A stretch of 64,000 bases of DNA from Malassezia furfur (lineage: Eukaryota): assembly GCA_052055015.1 (NCBI GenBank), contig JBQJIT010000003.1; one strand, written 5' to 3'. Each line of letters starts with the position of its first letter. The first letter of the stretch is position 1. A model generated the notes under the pieces. The model searched no databases. It was not told the origin of the DNA and saw nothing but the letters and a program-made list of their open reading frames with translations. This document shows positions 11,368 through 21,945 of the stretch, one piece after another. Both the position numbers and the translations under genes were made by a program.

Positions 11368-11432
11368 GGTGTGAGCGAGCGGAGCGGGGGTGTTGGTCTC
11401 CACGCAAATGGCATCACGTGATTCAACAATGC

Positions 11433-11442
11433 AAAACAAAAA
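11433..11442 (-). terminator. RNA polymerase III oligo-T terminator of tRNA-Leu
   Basis: TTTTTGTTTT on the minus strand starting 3 nt after the tRNA 3' end. Confidence 0.8.
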
Positions 11443-11445
11443 GTG

Positions 11446-11550
11446 TGACAAGAGTGGGATTCGAACCCACGCCCGAAGACAACGGAAGCTAGAAGCTCTT
11501 ATATTAAGGAAACCTTAACGTTGCGCCTTAGACCACTCGGCCATCTTGCC
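11446..11550 (-). tRNA. tRNA-Leu(AAG) with 27-nt intron (11486-11512)
   Basis: Acceptor stem GGCAAGA/TCTTGTC, D-arm GCCGAGTGGTCTAAGGC, anticodon stem CAACG/CGTTG with TT-AAG-G loop interrupted after position 37, extra arm, T-arm GTGGGTTCGAATCCCAC; intron contains CCTTAA complementary to the anticodon loop. Confidence 0.95.
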
Positions 11551-11660
11551 TTGCAGTTGCAAGAATTAGTTACGTTCAACATACTTGAGGAGATACCTAC
11601 TTGACCTACAGGTACAACCGTTTGTTTGCTTGTGCTGCGAACGTGTGCAGGCAAGAGGCG

Positions 11661-13852
11661 TCACTGCGGTGCTACGGAACTATCCAATTGGCCCTGCCAT
11701 TCCGGCTTGATCACCCATTTGGATCCAGGCTTTTTGCTCTCGCGCGTCGCACACTCCTGTAGGCGTGTCTCGATGGCTGCTTTGCTGACGCCTTTTACGA
11801 TGGGACCAAAGTGCTCACGGAGATCCTCAAGGAGCGCGGGCTTTGACCTTGTAGAGCCTTGAATCAGTTTGAGTAGCTCGGGGAGATGGGTATCGGGGAA
11901 GTTGAACTTGGGCGTCCGTGCGGTGGTGGGTGCAGGAGTTGGGTTTGTCGTCGACGTGGGTGCAGCCGACTCGGTGGACTCTTTCGGCACTGTCTTTTCC
12001 TCATTCGACGGTGCCAGCTCGATAGTCGTTGAAGTAAATGTGAAAGGATCGAGGCCCACATAGGCATCATTGAGGAACTGGATGCGGTAGGGTATAAAAC
12101 TGTCGTGAGTTGGCTCGCCGAGGGTCTGTTCCCAGTGAGGTCCTGTGATATAGGGCACAAGCTTCGAGTCAAAGCGGCGCCCCAACAGCTTGATCTTCTT
12201 CTTCGGCTGAAGCACATTCACGTGTTTCTCCGGCTGCTTGCTCTCAGAGGCAAGATCCGGCATCCCATATTCGGCTTCTTCAGGGGGAACCTCCTCAATG
12301 ACTTCCAAGTCGTCTTCGAGCCAGTCATCCATCTCGGAATCGTCGTTGTCCGACCCAGCCATGCTCTCTTCATCCTCGCGATCATCCACCGCATCGACAT
12401 TCTCTCCCTCTTCCTCCTCCCACTCTGCATCGGAGTCGTACGAATAGTCCAGTGCAACGGGGTCTTGGCCAAACGGCTTGCGCGGCGTAATAAACGTCGA
12501 TGCCCGCGACCAAGTACCGACCCAGCCCGGTCGCCGGTCCGTTTGGAAATGCAAGAGCTTGATGGGCAACAAGCGGCGGTTGTTCAGTTTCTCCAGTTCA
12601 TGCTTGGTCTGTTCCTCGGCGTTGCCTCCCAGAACGTCCGACTCTTGCACGCATTTCATGATGTCCCGCACCGAAACAGGTGGATGAATACCACGCGGAT
12701 GTGCCTTGCATTGTGTCCCCATCCGTTTGAACTGCACGAGAAGCTCTTCCTTGTTATGCTCGCGTGCATCCATCTTGTGCAGAAGCGTATCATCAACTTC
12801 GTGATAGAAAGGGTTGAGATTGGCCATATTTTTGTACTCGCATGGTAGGAACGTACGCTGGAAATCGTTCTTCTCTTCTTCCTCCTTCTTGGGTGAGGCG
12901 CGCGTGGTCGGCTGCTGAAAGAAGGAGTTAAACAGACGCACTTGTGCCTGTTTGTCCTTTTCGTTTTTCTGTTCCTTGGCCTGACGTTCCTGTTCTTTGG
13001 CCTGGCGCTCCGCCTTTTTGGACTCGCGCAGCTTACTGCGCTCCGACTTTTCCTTCGGAACGGGCGTCACGGGCGGCGCTGGTGGTTCCGAGTCAGCTTT
13101 TGGCGCAGGGGTTGGGGTCACTGGCGCATCCTTGCCTTTGGCCACCTTTTTTCCATCCAGGAGTGACTGTCGCATGTCTTCGGGAAGTGCATCGAACTGC
13201 TCCAAGGCCTGCGATTTCGCTTGACCACGCTCTTCGCGGCGAGCAAGGAGTTTAGCAAGGTTTTCTTCGGGAAGCAAGCCCACGTCATTGACTTCCCAGC
13301 GCCATAGCTGGAGCGAAGGCACCATGCTCGAATCGGGTGGTGCATCAATACCGTAGTTGACGCGCTGCGCAATCGATTCGATGGTCGTCTGCAGGAGCTG
13401 AACAGGCAGTACGTCCACAACATCGCCATTTTCTGACGTCTTTTCCAACGCCTTATGTCCCTCGGGCAGGAGCGTCGCGCGAATAAGCTTGGCGAGCTCG
13501 GCTGCACTTTTGTCGCTGGGTGAGAAGGGAGGCGTACCTTTCTTGCGTCAGGCTGGCGACCACTGGTATATGTTCTTGCGGAATGGCATCCAGCGGCGCA
13601 TTTGCATGTTCAGCAAGGAACGACTGGAATCCGAGCACGGCTATGGTCAGGCTTACACGTACCGCGCAGCACCGGCATCGTTCGGTCCCAACCCACGCCC
13701 TTTTGGCGGAGGTTCAGGCGAGAGTTGCGTAGGGTGACGAGTGGGGGCGGTGTTCGTGCCTTCTTGGACGACTTGGGCGCCTCCTGTTGCTCGGTCGTCT
13801 TTCGCTTCGGCGTGCCGGGGCTGGGGGCCGCGTCCCCTGCGCGTTCAGCCAT
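11661..13852 (-). CDS. RLF2: Chromatin assembly factor 1 large subunit (Cac1/Rlf2/p150); 3 exons
   Basis: Introns 13641-13662 and 13516-13537 (22 nt each). KER-like charged region, PIP-like QVRLFNSFF, KLLHFQTDRRPGWVGTW, LDYSYDSDAEWEEE and a C-terminal winged-helix-like segment. Start at MAERAG is inferred. Confidence 0.88.
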
Positions 13853-13869
13853 ATCGGCTTCCGGAAAAG

Positions 13870-13891
13870 ACGCGTCGCGCGTTGCACGCGT
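13870..13891. promoter_or_regulatory. Tandem MCB elements in the CAC1/RFC2 divergent promoter
   Basis: ACGCGT at 13870-13875 (followed by CGCG) and 13886-13891 within the 82-nt spacer between two S-phase genes. Confidence 0.6.
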
Positions 13892-13934
13892 GGAATTAAA
13901 GATCGGCTGCCGATCGGCCGCAGGTTTCATCCTC

Positions 13935-15096
13935 ATGTCGGAAGCACGCGCCGAGAACCGGCCGTGGGTCGAGCGCTAGTAGGTGCTATGGCTTACTCAG
14001 TCGACCGAAGAACATTGATGAGGTCGCTTCGCAGCAACATGCGGTGACCATTCTCCGTAATGCGCTCAAAACAGCCAATGTAGGCAGCACGACTTACCCA
14101 GCTCCCGCACATGCTCTTCTATGGCCCGCCCGGCACAGGCAAGACGTCGACCATCCTGGCGCTGGCGCGCCAGCTGTATGGGTACGTGGAGTTTCCTGAC
14201 GCAGACCTGAGCTGATGAAATCGCGTGTCCTGGAGCTAAATGCGTCTGACGAGCGTGGCATTTCCGTGGTGCGCGAAAAAATCAAGTCGTTCGCCAAGAT
14301 GGCCGTCTCTGCGCCGAATCCGTACGTGATACGCTGACCGTGCAGCAACTATCCCTCGCCTCCGTACAAGATCGTGATCCTCGACGAGGCCGACAGCATG
14401 ACCCAAGACGCCCAAGGCGCGCTCCGTCGTATTATGGAGCAGTACAGTCGCACGACACGTTTTTGTCTCATTTGCAACTACGTCACACGGTATGTGGGCT
14501 TCTGATGCAGCATTATTGAGCCGGTCGCATCGCGATGCAGCAAATTCCGGTTCCGCCCGCTGGACCAGGCCAGCACGGAGGAGCGTCTGCGGTTTATTGC
14601 GACCTCCGAGGGCCTCAAGCTCAACGATGACCTAATACCTGCGCTGATTCGGGCATCAGAAGGGGATATGCGCCGTTCTATCACCTACCTGCAGTCTGTC
14701 TCTCGCCTGGCATCGGCGCGCGGCGGTGATGTGCGCGATATGACGGGCGATGCCGTGGCTGAGCTCGCGGGAATTGTGCCTCAGCGCATTATCGAGGCGC
14801 TCGCGCGGAGCGTCGGTATCGACACGGATGAAGACAGCGGACCGTGCGCCCATGGCTCGTCGTTTGACCGGATTTCCTCAGCGGTGCAGCATGTGGTACG
14901 CGAAGGGTATTCGAGCACGCAAGTGGTTCTTCAGCTGCACGACTATGTGATTCTGCATCCCCTGTTGAATGCGCGGCAAAAGACCAAGTGTGCACTGCAG
15001 TTTGGCGAGACAGACAAGGCGCTCATGGACGGCGGCAACGAGGCGCTCCAGCTGCTGCACCTGTGCCTCCAGCTCCACCAAGCCGTAGCCGTGTAG
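13935..15096 (+). CDS. RFC2: Replication factor C small subunit Rfc2; 6 exons
   Basis: Introns 13979-14000, 14080-14101, 14182-14204, 14322-14345, 14490-14510 restore [49 protein letters not shown] and [15 protein letters not shown]. Confidence 0.95.
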
Positions 15097-15126
15097 GATT
15101 AGTCATCTTTGCTTTCTTCGACCGTC

Positions 15127-15569
15127 ATGCCGTACGTGGCTCGCGTGCTAACCCTAGGCTCTACGAGTTGTTCTGCGTGGCGATTGCGTCTGCCGAATCG
15201 GCGCCACTGCGCGACCTGGTGCAGTCGACTTCGCGCCTCGTGCTCGACCACGGCGGTGTCGTGCGCAACGTGCAATATTGGGGCAAGCGGACCCTGCCGC
15301 AACGGGCACGGAGACACCAGCAATACCATACGGCCGGCGAGTAAGTTGCTTGCATTGCTGACCTTAGCTACTGGCTGATGCAGTTTGATACCAATGCACC
15401 GACGCTCAAGGTGCTCAACGACCGTTTCCGCCAGGACCCGCGCGTGGTGAAGTGGAACACCCTCAAGCTCGGCGAGAAGCTCCACGAGCTGGTACCGCCC
15501 GGTGCGAACGGCGGCACGACGCCATCGCAGGCGACGATGGGTGGCAAGTCGGTGGACTACCTGGGGTAA
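15127..15569 (+). CDS. MRP17: Mitochondrial ribosomal protein bS6m; 3 exons
   Basis: Introns 15132-15157 and 15341-15367; MPLYELFCVA...GGVVRNVQYWGKRTLP...GDYWLMQFD...DPRVVKW is the S6 pattern. Confidence 0.88.
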
Positions 15570-15589
15570 CTCGCCTTTGTATCTACACA

Positions 15590-16792
15590 TTACACTTGGC
15601 CGGCGAGCACGATCTGGTCAGTGACGTACTGTGAGTCGGCACACCCCAGTACCTCGTAGATCTGTGCGCTCTGTAGCCCCTTGATCCGCTCGCATTCGAC
15701 CGAGGTATAGTTTGCGAGCGCGCGGCCAACCTCGACGTCTTCTGATGCGCCCATGTCGGTGGTTGGCCGGCGCACAAGCAGGCGCACGGCCTGAAGCCGT
15801 TCCCAGTTGCCCTGCACGCCCACGACGCCGGCCGGAAGCAGCCGCCCGCCTGAGTCGCGGCTGCTGATCCGGTCGTACGCGCCCTGGTCAATAATGAGCG
15901 AGCCAACCGGGTGCATCGCATGCAGGATGCGCCATTTGCGTGCGGGCAGCCGTGACTGGCTCGGGAGGAACATGGTGTGAGCAGGCTCGGCCGCTGCAGC
16001 ATGCGCGCCATCATCCACCGACTTGGGCACGCCACGCTGGACAATGCGGAGGATATTTTCGGGGTGCTCGCCATTGAGAATCACGGTCGCGACGCCCGCG
16101 GCGGTCGCCAGTTCAGCGGCGATGAGTTTGGTCTGCATGCCGCCTGTGCCAAAGGAGGAGCCGAGCGTCTTGACGCTCGCGGCGCGGCGCGCCTCGTCGA
16201 CGCTCCGCACTATACTCAGGCGGCGTGCATCGGGGCACGTCCGTGGGTTGTCGGTGTACAGTCCGTCGACGTCCGTGCACAGGAAGAGGAAGTCGGCGTC
16301 GACGAGGCCCGCGGTGATGGCAGAAAGCGAGTCGTTGTCACCGAAGCGCATTTCGTACACAGAAACAGTGTCGTTTTCGTTGACAATCGGCACGGCGTCG
16401 ATCGTGCTGGACATGAGTGTCTCTAGGGTGGTGCGTGCGTTGTGGTAGCGGTTGCTGTCGGCGAGGTCGGTGCGTGTGACGAGCACCTGTGCGACGTTGA
16501 TGCCCACGACGCCGAACAGATTGTCCCAGAGCGACATGAGGCGCAGCTGGCCGAGTGCCGCGAGTGCTTGGCGCTGCCCGAGCTCCTTGGGCCGCTCCTG
16601 CATACCCATCCGCACGCGGCCGACGCCGATTGCGCCGGAGCACACGAGGATCACGCGGTGCCCAGCGGTGCGGAGATGCAGCACGGTCTCTACAATCGAG
16701 GCCATGATGCGGATCTTAGGCTGCATCGTCGACTCCGACAGGATCGACGACGTGCCGAGCTTGATGACCACCGTCTTGCCGCCTTCGCTCAT
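15590..16792 (-). CDS. PRO1: Glutamate 5-kinase (with PUA domain)
   Basis: VVIKLGTSS, VCSGAIGVG, PIVNENDTVS, FGDNDSLSA, FGTGGMQTKL, LLPAGVVGVQG. Confidence 0.95.
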   Translation of the reverse strand: MSEGGKTVVIKLGTSSILSESTMQPKIRIMASIVETVLHLRTAGHRVILVCSGAIGVGRVRMGMQERPKELGQRQALAALGQLRLMSLWDNLFGVVGINVAQVLVTRTDLADSNRYHNARTTLETLMSSTIDAVPIVNENDTVSVYEMRFGDNDSLSAITAGLVDADFLFLCTDVDGLYTDNPRTCPDARRLSIVRSVDEARRAASVKTLGSSFGTGGMQTKLIAAELATAAGVATVILNGEHPENILRIVQRGVPKSVDDGAHAAAAEPAHTMFLPSQSRLPARKWRILHAMHPVGSLIIDQGAYDRISSRDSGGRLLPAGVVGVQGNWERLQAVRLLVRRPTTDMGASEDVEVGRALANYTSVECERIKGLQSAQIYEVLGCADSQYVTDQIVLAGQV

Positions 16793-16862
16793 GCTGGTCG
16801 GACGCTGGCCGCACGGCCGGCCACGTGACGCCGCCGCACACTTTTTTTCTTGGACTGCTTCG

Positions 16863-19415
16863 ATGAGCGACGCGCCAGAGTCGGGTGCTGCGCGGCCGGT
16901 GTCGCTGCCGCTGCACCGCGTGCGCTTCGTGGACTGGACGCCGTCGTCCATTACTGCGCTCGCATTCTCGCCCGTGCCGCCCGCGGCACAGGCGCGGTGC
17001 GTGCTCGCGGTTGGACGCGAGAACGGCAACATTGACCTGTGCACCTGGTGCGAAGACACCTCGGCAGACGCCTCCGCGGGTGCGCCGCTCGCGCGCGGCT
17101 GGATGATTGAGCACACCTTGTTTGGCGACGTGAACTACAAGATCGAGGCGCTGGCCTTTACGCGCGCGCACGTCGATGGCGCCGAAGTGCTGCGCCTCTT
17201 TAGCACGTCGGGCGGCAGCGTGGTAACAGAACACTTTTTGCCGCCGCACATGGCCCTCGTGGGCGAAGATGTGCGGGCGAAGCCGCGTGTGTCGCATACG
17301 AGCCCGACGCGCACACTGCCGTCGCATGGCGGCGCGATCTGGAGCATGGCCGCCTCGCCGCTCGGCCACTACCTTGCAATCGGGTGTGAGGACGGGATCG
17401 TGCGCCTGGTCGATGTGCGCGGCGACGCATTTGAGCATGTCCATGGTGCGCGCCCGGGTATGCCCGGGGCGGTGGTCGCGCCGCGTATGTCGCGCGTCGC
17501 CTCGCGCATCCTAAGCCTCGCGTGGGGTCCGCCGCGCCGCGTCGTGCGCCAGGCGGCGAACCGTGCGCCGACTGCTCACGACGACGACAGCTCGAGTGAT
17601 GACGACAGTGCGAGCGAGGACGAGGACGAGGAGTGGCGCGAGAGTTTCCTCCTGGGCGGCCTCGGCAACTCGTCCGCGGCGGTGTGGGACGTGGCGACGG
17701 GCCAGCTACGCTCACGTCTCGCGTTGCTCAAGAACCGCAGCGAGCACACGATCGTGTGGTCGGTTGCGGTGCTTAGCGACGGCACGCTGGTGACGGGCGA
17801 CTCGACGGGCCGCGTTACCTTCTTTGACGCGCGCAGCCGTGTGCCGATCCCCGGCGCGACGTTCCAGTGCCACACGAGCGGCGCCGACGTGCTTGCGCTG
17901 TGCATTGGCAGCGACGGACGCGCCGTGTACAGCGCAGGCGTCGACCAAAAAGTCGCCGAGTACACACTCGTCGGCCACACATGGGCGCACACTGCGACGC
18001 GCCGCCTGCACGCGCACGACATCCGCGCGCTGGCAGTGGACCCGCCGTTCGACCCGCGCGGTGCTTCAACGGCGCCCACGCGTCTGCCCGTGCTGGTGAG
18101 CGGCGGGATCGACTTCCACCTCGTGCTGACGCCCGCGGCGCCCGCGCAGCGCACGACGTACGCCAACCCCATTTCGTCGAGTGTGTCGACGCGCTTTGCG
18201 GACACGACACAGCGGCGCGTGCCGTTTGTGCCGCAGAATGCGCGCGCGCCGATTGCGGGCGGCGCGGTGCTGTCGGTGTGCGCGGCGCGACGGTGGCTCG
18301 TGCTGCGCCGTGACACGAGCGTCGCGATCTGGGCGCTCGGCGCGCACGACGACGCCCCATGGTACAAGGTGAGCGAGCTGCAACTCAAGACGCGCTCGAA
18401 CCTGATTGCCGCGGCCGTGTCGCCCGATGGCCGCTATCTCGCGGCATCTGACCTGTACGAGACGAAGCTGTTTGCGCTGACCGAGCGCGACGGTGTGCTG
18501 ACGCCGCGGCGCGTGCGCACGCTCGGCGCGGCAATCCACGGCACGGACGCGCCTGCGCCCGGCGCGAGCGTGCTTACCTTTACGCCGGACAGCACGCGTC
18601 TCGTGCTCGGCACGCTGCATGGCGCGTATGTGCACGTCGTGCAGCTGTCCCATGCCGGCGAAGTGCAGCTCCTGCGCAGCTTTACGCAGCATCGCCAGCG
18701 CCATACCCCCGACGACGGCCGCCACGGCCGCGTGCTCGCCGGCGATGCGCGCGTGCGCGGCAAGGCGGCGCACGCGGACGACACGGCGCGCGACGTCTAT
18801 GCCACGCTTGTTCTTGCGCACGTCTCGCCCGACGGCCAGTGGCTCGTGAGCGTCGACAGCGTGCGGCGGATGCACGTATTCCACCTCGACACGCTGTCGC
18901 ACCAGCGCGTCCTTGCGTCGCCCGCGAGCCTGCCGACCGCTGCGTGCTTCCACCCCGAGCGCCCGCACGTGCTTGTTGTGACGCTGCCCACCAACCAACT
19001 GGCGCTGTACGACATGGACGCGGGCGCCCCCGCAGGCGCATGGGAGCGCGAGCTCCGTGCGCAGTTCGATACCCACCTCGCCAAGGTGCGCGAGCCGGTC
19101 GTCGGCTGCGCGTGGCTGCCCGGCGTGGCGCGCCAGGAGGCCACGCTCGTGCTCTACGGCCCCACGTGGATCACCTCCGCGCGGCACACCTCCACCCCGC
19201 CGGCGCCTGCGGGCACCAAGCGCCGCGGCACCGCGCCGGGCGATGCGGGCGCGGGCTGGGTGGTGCGCTCCACGTTCAAGTACCAGCCGCTCCTCGCAGT
19301 GCATGCGTTCCCGCAGGACACCGCCACCGAGCTGCTCGTCGTGGAGCGGCCTTACTTCGCATTGGCGCAGTCGCTCCCGCCGTCGTTCTACCGCGGCGCC
19401 AAGTACGGCTTCTAG
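16863..19415 (+). CDS. UTP4: U3 snoRNA-associated WD40 protein Utp4
   Basis: LHRVRFVDWTPSSITALAFS, LAVGRENGNI, TGDSTGRVTFFD, RRLHAHDIRAL and C-terminal YQPLL...ELLVVERP...LPPSFYRGAKYG. Confidence 0.9.
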   Translation: MSDAPESGAARPVSLPLHRVRFVDWTPSSITALAFSPVPPAAQARCVLAVGRENGNIDLCTWCEDTSADASAGAPLARGWMIEHTLFGDVNYKIEALAFTRAHVDGAEVLRLFSTSGGSVVTEHFLPPHMALVGEDVRAKPRVSHTSPTRTLPSHGGAIWSMAASPLGHYLAIGCEDGIVRLVDVRGDAFEHVHGARPGMPGAVVAPRMSRVASRILSLAWGPPRRVVRQAANRAPTAHDDDSSSDDDSASEDEDEEWRESFLLGGLGNSSAAVWDVATGQLRSRLALLKNRSEHTIVWSVAVLSDGTLVTGDSTGRVTFFDARSRVPIPGATFQCHTSGADVLALCIGSDGRAVYSAGVDQKVAEYTLVGHTWAHTATRRLHAHDIRALAVDPPFDPRGASTAPTRLPVLVSGGIDFHLVLTPAAPAQRTTYANPISSSVSTRFADTTQRRVPFVPQNARAPIAGGAVLSVCAARRWLVLRRDTSVAIWALGAHDDAPWYKVSELQLKTRSNLIAAAVSPDGRYLAASDLYETKLFALTERDGVLTPRRVRTLGAAIHGTDAPAPGASVLTFTPDSTRLVLGTLHGAYVHVVQLSHAGEVQLLRSFTQHRQRHTPDDGRHGRVLAGDARVRGKAAHADDTARDVYATLVLAHVSPDGQWLVSVDSVRRMHVFHLDTLSHQRVLASPASLPTAACFHPERPHVLVVTLPTNQLALYDMDAGAPAGAWERELRAQFDTHLAKVREPVVGCAWLPGVARQEATLVLYGPTWITSARHTSTPPAPAGTKRRGTAPGDAGAGWVVRSTFKYQPLLAVHAFPQDTATELLVVERPYFALAQSLPPSFYRGAKYGF

Positions 19416-19419
19416 ACAC

Positions 19420-21789
19420 CTATGTACGCCGCCGCTTGTTTTTTGCCGATAGATCCGCATGCGCCGTCGAGCGCTTGATGCCCAACACCTCCTTGTCGCC
19501 ACGTAGCAGCCGCTGTACCACATCGGGGCGCACGCCGCTCGTGAGGTACTTTTGGCTGACGCCGCGCGGCGTGATGGGGCGCGCCAGCTGCGCACGCAGC
19601 TCGGCACGCAGCGCCGCGAGACGCGCGTCCGACTTGGACGGCGGGCGCTTGGCGTGCGCACGGTCGCGCTGTTCCTCGGCGTCGCTGTCGCTCTCGAGCT
19701 CCAGGTCGGCCTCGTTGGCCAGCTTGCGGATCCAGGCGTCCTCGTGCGAGGCCTTGTCGTGCCGGTGCTGCAGCTGGTCGATCTCCTTGGCGAGCGCGAG
19801 GCGCGCCCGGATCGCGTCCAGCAGCGTGTACTCGATCGGGAGCGTGGCAAGCGCGTCGGTGCGCTGCAGCGCTTTCCAGATCGCCTGCAGCATGTGCTGC
19901 TCGCTCGGCTCGACCAGCAACACCGCGATGCCGTGGTGCCCGGCACGCGCCGTGCGCCCGGAACGGTGCACGTAGGCGTCCGCGGTGCGCGGCACCTGGA
20001 AGTGTACGACGTGGTCGATGCCCTCGACGTCGATGCCGCGCGCCGCGACGTCGGTCGCAAGCAGCACCTTGGACCGCCCACGCAGCTCGCTGCGGAAGCG
20101 GTCAAGGTTGCGCAGGCGCTGCTGCTGCTGGAGCTGGCCGTGAAGCGCGTATACGTCCAGGTCAAGCGCGCTCAGAATCGGCGTCAGGCGGCGCACGCCG
20201 TCGATCGAGTTGAGAAAGACGAGTGTGCGTCCAGGGTAGCGCATCAGCAAGTAGTACAGGTAGGTATCTTTCTCCTTGTTCACACACTCGATCTTGGCCT
20301 CGAGCAGGTTCGCCGCCACGCGGCGTTCGGGCACCAGCTCCACGACCGCCGGCTCGGCGTCACGGAAGTCGACGCGGCTCAGCAGGTCGTCGAGCGTGTT
20401 GGTGGGCTCGACAGCGCGGCGCTTCTTGCGCCACTGCTTCTTCCGCACGTTTTGCTGGAGCGCCTTGGCCATCGTCGCGGAAAAGACGAGCGTTTGCATT
20501 GCGTCGTTGGCCGGAAGCGGTCCGGGCGTGCGCTGTACCATGCGCAGGATCGCATCCATCTCGGCAAAGTGGCCCGTCTCCACCATGCGGTCCGCCTCGT
20601 CGATCACCAGGAAGCGCGCCTGCCGCACGCGGCGCGCAAACGCATCGTCCTGCTTCAGCACATCCCATAGGCGACCGGGCGTCGCGACGACGATGTGCGC
20701 ACCGCCGCGCTGCTCGAGCAGCCGCTGCTGCTTCTGCACCGACATACCACCACAAACGGTCGCGACGTGCGCAAAGTGGCCGCCCGCCGCGGACACGGCG
20801 CGTAGGTGCTGCGTGACCTGCAGCGCCAGCTCGCGCGTCGGCGTCAGGATAAGCGCCTCAAGCGGGCGGTCGGGTCCGGCGTCCGAGTCGGCAGTGTGGC
20901 AGATGTACTGCAGGACCGGCAGGCCGTACGCCAGCGTCTTACCCGAACCGGTCTCGGCGACGCCGACCACGTCGCGCGGCGGGCCATCCAGGCCGAGGGA
21001 CAGAGGCAGCGTCTTGGCCTGCACGTCCGTTGGCTTCGCAAACGACAGCGCATGCAGCGCACGCTTGATGGGCGCGAGCAGCGGGAAGTCGCGCCAGCCA
21101 GGCAGCTGCGCATCCGCGCGCTCCTGCCCATCGTCGCCCGAGTCGTCGTCGAGCAAGAGGCCCTGTGCACGTGCTTGGCCCAGCGCGGCGTTCACGTCCA
21201 GGTCGGCGGCCTCGTGCAATGCGGCGCGGCGCGCCTTGGCGGAGAGCGGTGCGGAGCGTGGCTCGGGCGCCGCGGGCTCGGACGCTTCGTCGGAGCCGTC
21301 GAGCGACTCTGCGTCCTCGTTGGTGGTCTCGGGTTCCTCGTCGGCAGTCACGCTTCCCTCCCCCACATCGTGCTCGCTGCTGTCCGATTGCGGCGCGGGA
21401 GCTGCGCGCTGTGCTGGTTCGGCCCTGGCATCCGCCGACGCCTTGGCCTTCTTGGACTTGGCAGTGGGCTTCTCCTTGGGTGCTGCTGGAGTCTCGGCGT
21501 CCGACGGCCGGGCGGCCGCCGCCTTGCCTTTTTTCCCTTTCCCCTTGGGCTTGGCCTCAACGATCCGCACCGTTTTGTTGCGCCCCGACGCGTCGGGTTC
21601 GTATTCGACGTCGTAGCCCTCCACGGCCTGGAGACCCATAAAGTCGTCGTCGTTCATATCGAGCATGTCAAACCCCTCGTCCGTCGTCTCATTCACGTTC
21701 TCTGCCTGCGAGCTGAGCGGCACATTTTTCCAGGGCACCGCGCTCGCGCGCACGGGCGCCGGCGCCGCTGCTGCACGCCGCTTGCCCAT
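19420..21789 (-). CDS. MAK5: DEAD-box RNA helicase Mak5/DDX24
   Basis: AETGSGKTLAYGLP, PTRELA, DEAD, FSAT, LRNLDRF, ARGID, HRSGRTAR; N-terminal W...FMGLQAVEGYDV and C-terminal QKYLTSG features of Mak5. Start at MGKRR is inferred. Confidence 0.88.
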   Translation of the reverse strand: MGKRRAAAAPAPVRASAVPWKNVPLSSQAENVNETTDEGFDMLDMNDDDFMGLQAVEGYDVEYEPDASGRNKTVRIVEAKPKGKGKKGKAAAARPSDAETPAAPKEKPTAKSKKAKASADARAEPAQRAAPAPQSDSSEHDVGEGSVTADEEPETTNEDAESLDGSDEASEPAAPEPRSAPLSAKARRAALHEAADLDVNAALGQARAQGLLLDDDSGDDGQERADAQLPGWRDFPLLAPIKRALHALSFAKPTDVQAKTLPLSLGLDGPPRDVVGVAETGSGKTLAYGLPVLQYICHTADSDAGPDRPLEALILTPTRELALQVTQHLRAVSAAGGHFAHVATVCGGMSVQKQQRLLEQRGGAHIVVATPGRLWDVLKQDDAFARRVRQARFLVIDEADRMVETGHFAEMDAILRMVQRTPGPLPANDAMQTLVFSATMAKALQQNVRKKQWRKKRRAVEPTNTLDDLLSRVDFRDAEPAVVELVPERRVAANLLEAKIECVNKEKDTYLYYLLMRYPGRTLVFLNSIDGVRRLTPILSALDLDVYALHGQLQQQQRLRNLDRFRSELRGRSKVLLATDVAARGIDVEGIDHVVHFQVPRTADAYVHRSGRTARAGHHGIAVLLVEPSEQHMLQAIWKALQRTDALATLPIEYTLLDAIRARLALAKEIDQLQHRHDKASHEDAWIRKLANEADLELESDSDAEEQRDRAHAKRPPSKSDARLAALRAELRAQLARPITPRGVSQKYLTSGVRPDVVQRLLRGDKEVLGIKRSTAHADLSAKNKRRRT

Positions 21790-21945
21790 GCCGTCGTGGA
21801 GGAACTTTTTTTCCGGCGGCCACATGGAAGGCATGTGCCTCCACAAGCCGCGGCGCGTCGCGCGTGGCCAAACAAACACCCGATCACGTTGGTTCGGGCG
21901 AGGCGCTTGCTTGTGACCGCGAGGGGTCCCGAAATTGCGCGCAGC

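Noticed and set aside
11368..11660. AT-richer stretch as a centromere core
   Set aside because: Short, only moderately AT-rich and explained by the tRNA gene and its flanks.
13935..15096. Apparent frameshifts and stops in RFC2, RAD5, APC10, FCP1 and others suggesting pseudogenes, recoding or sequencing error
   Set aside because: Every break coincides with a GT...branch...AG micro-intron whose removal restores conserved motifs.
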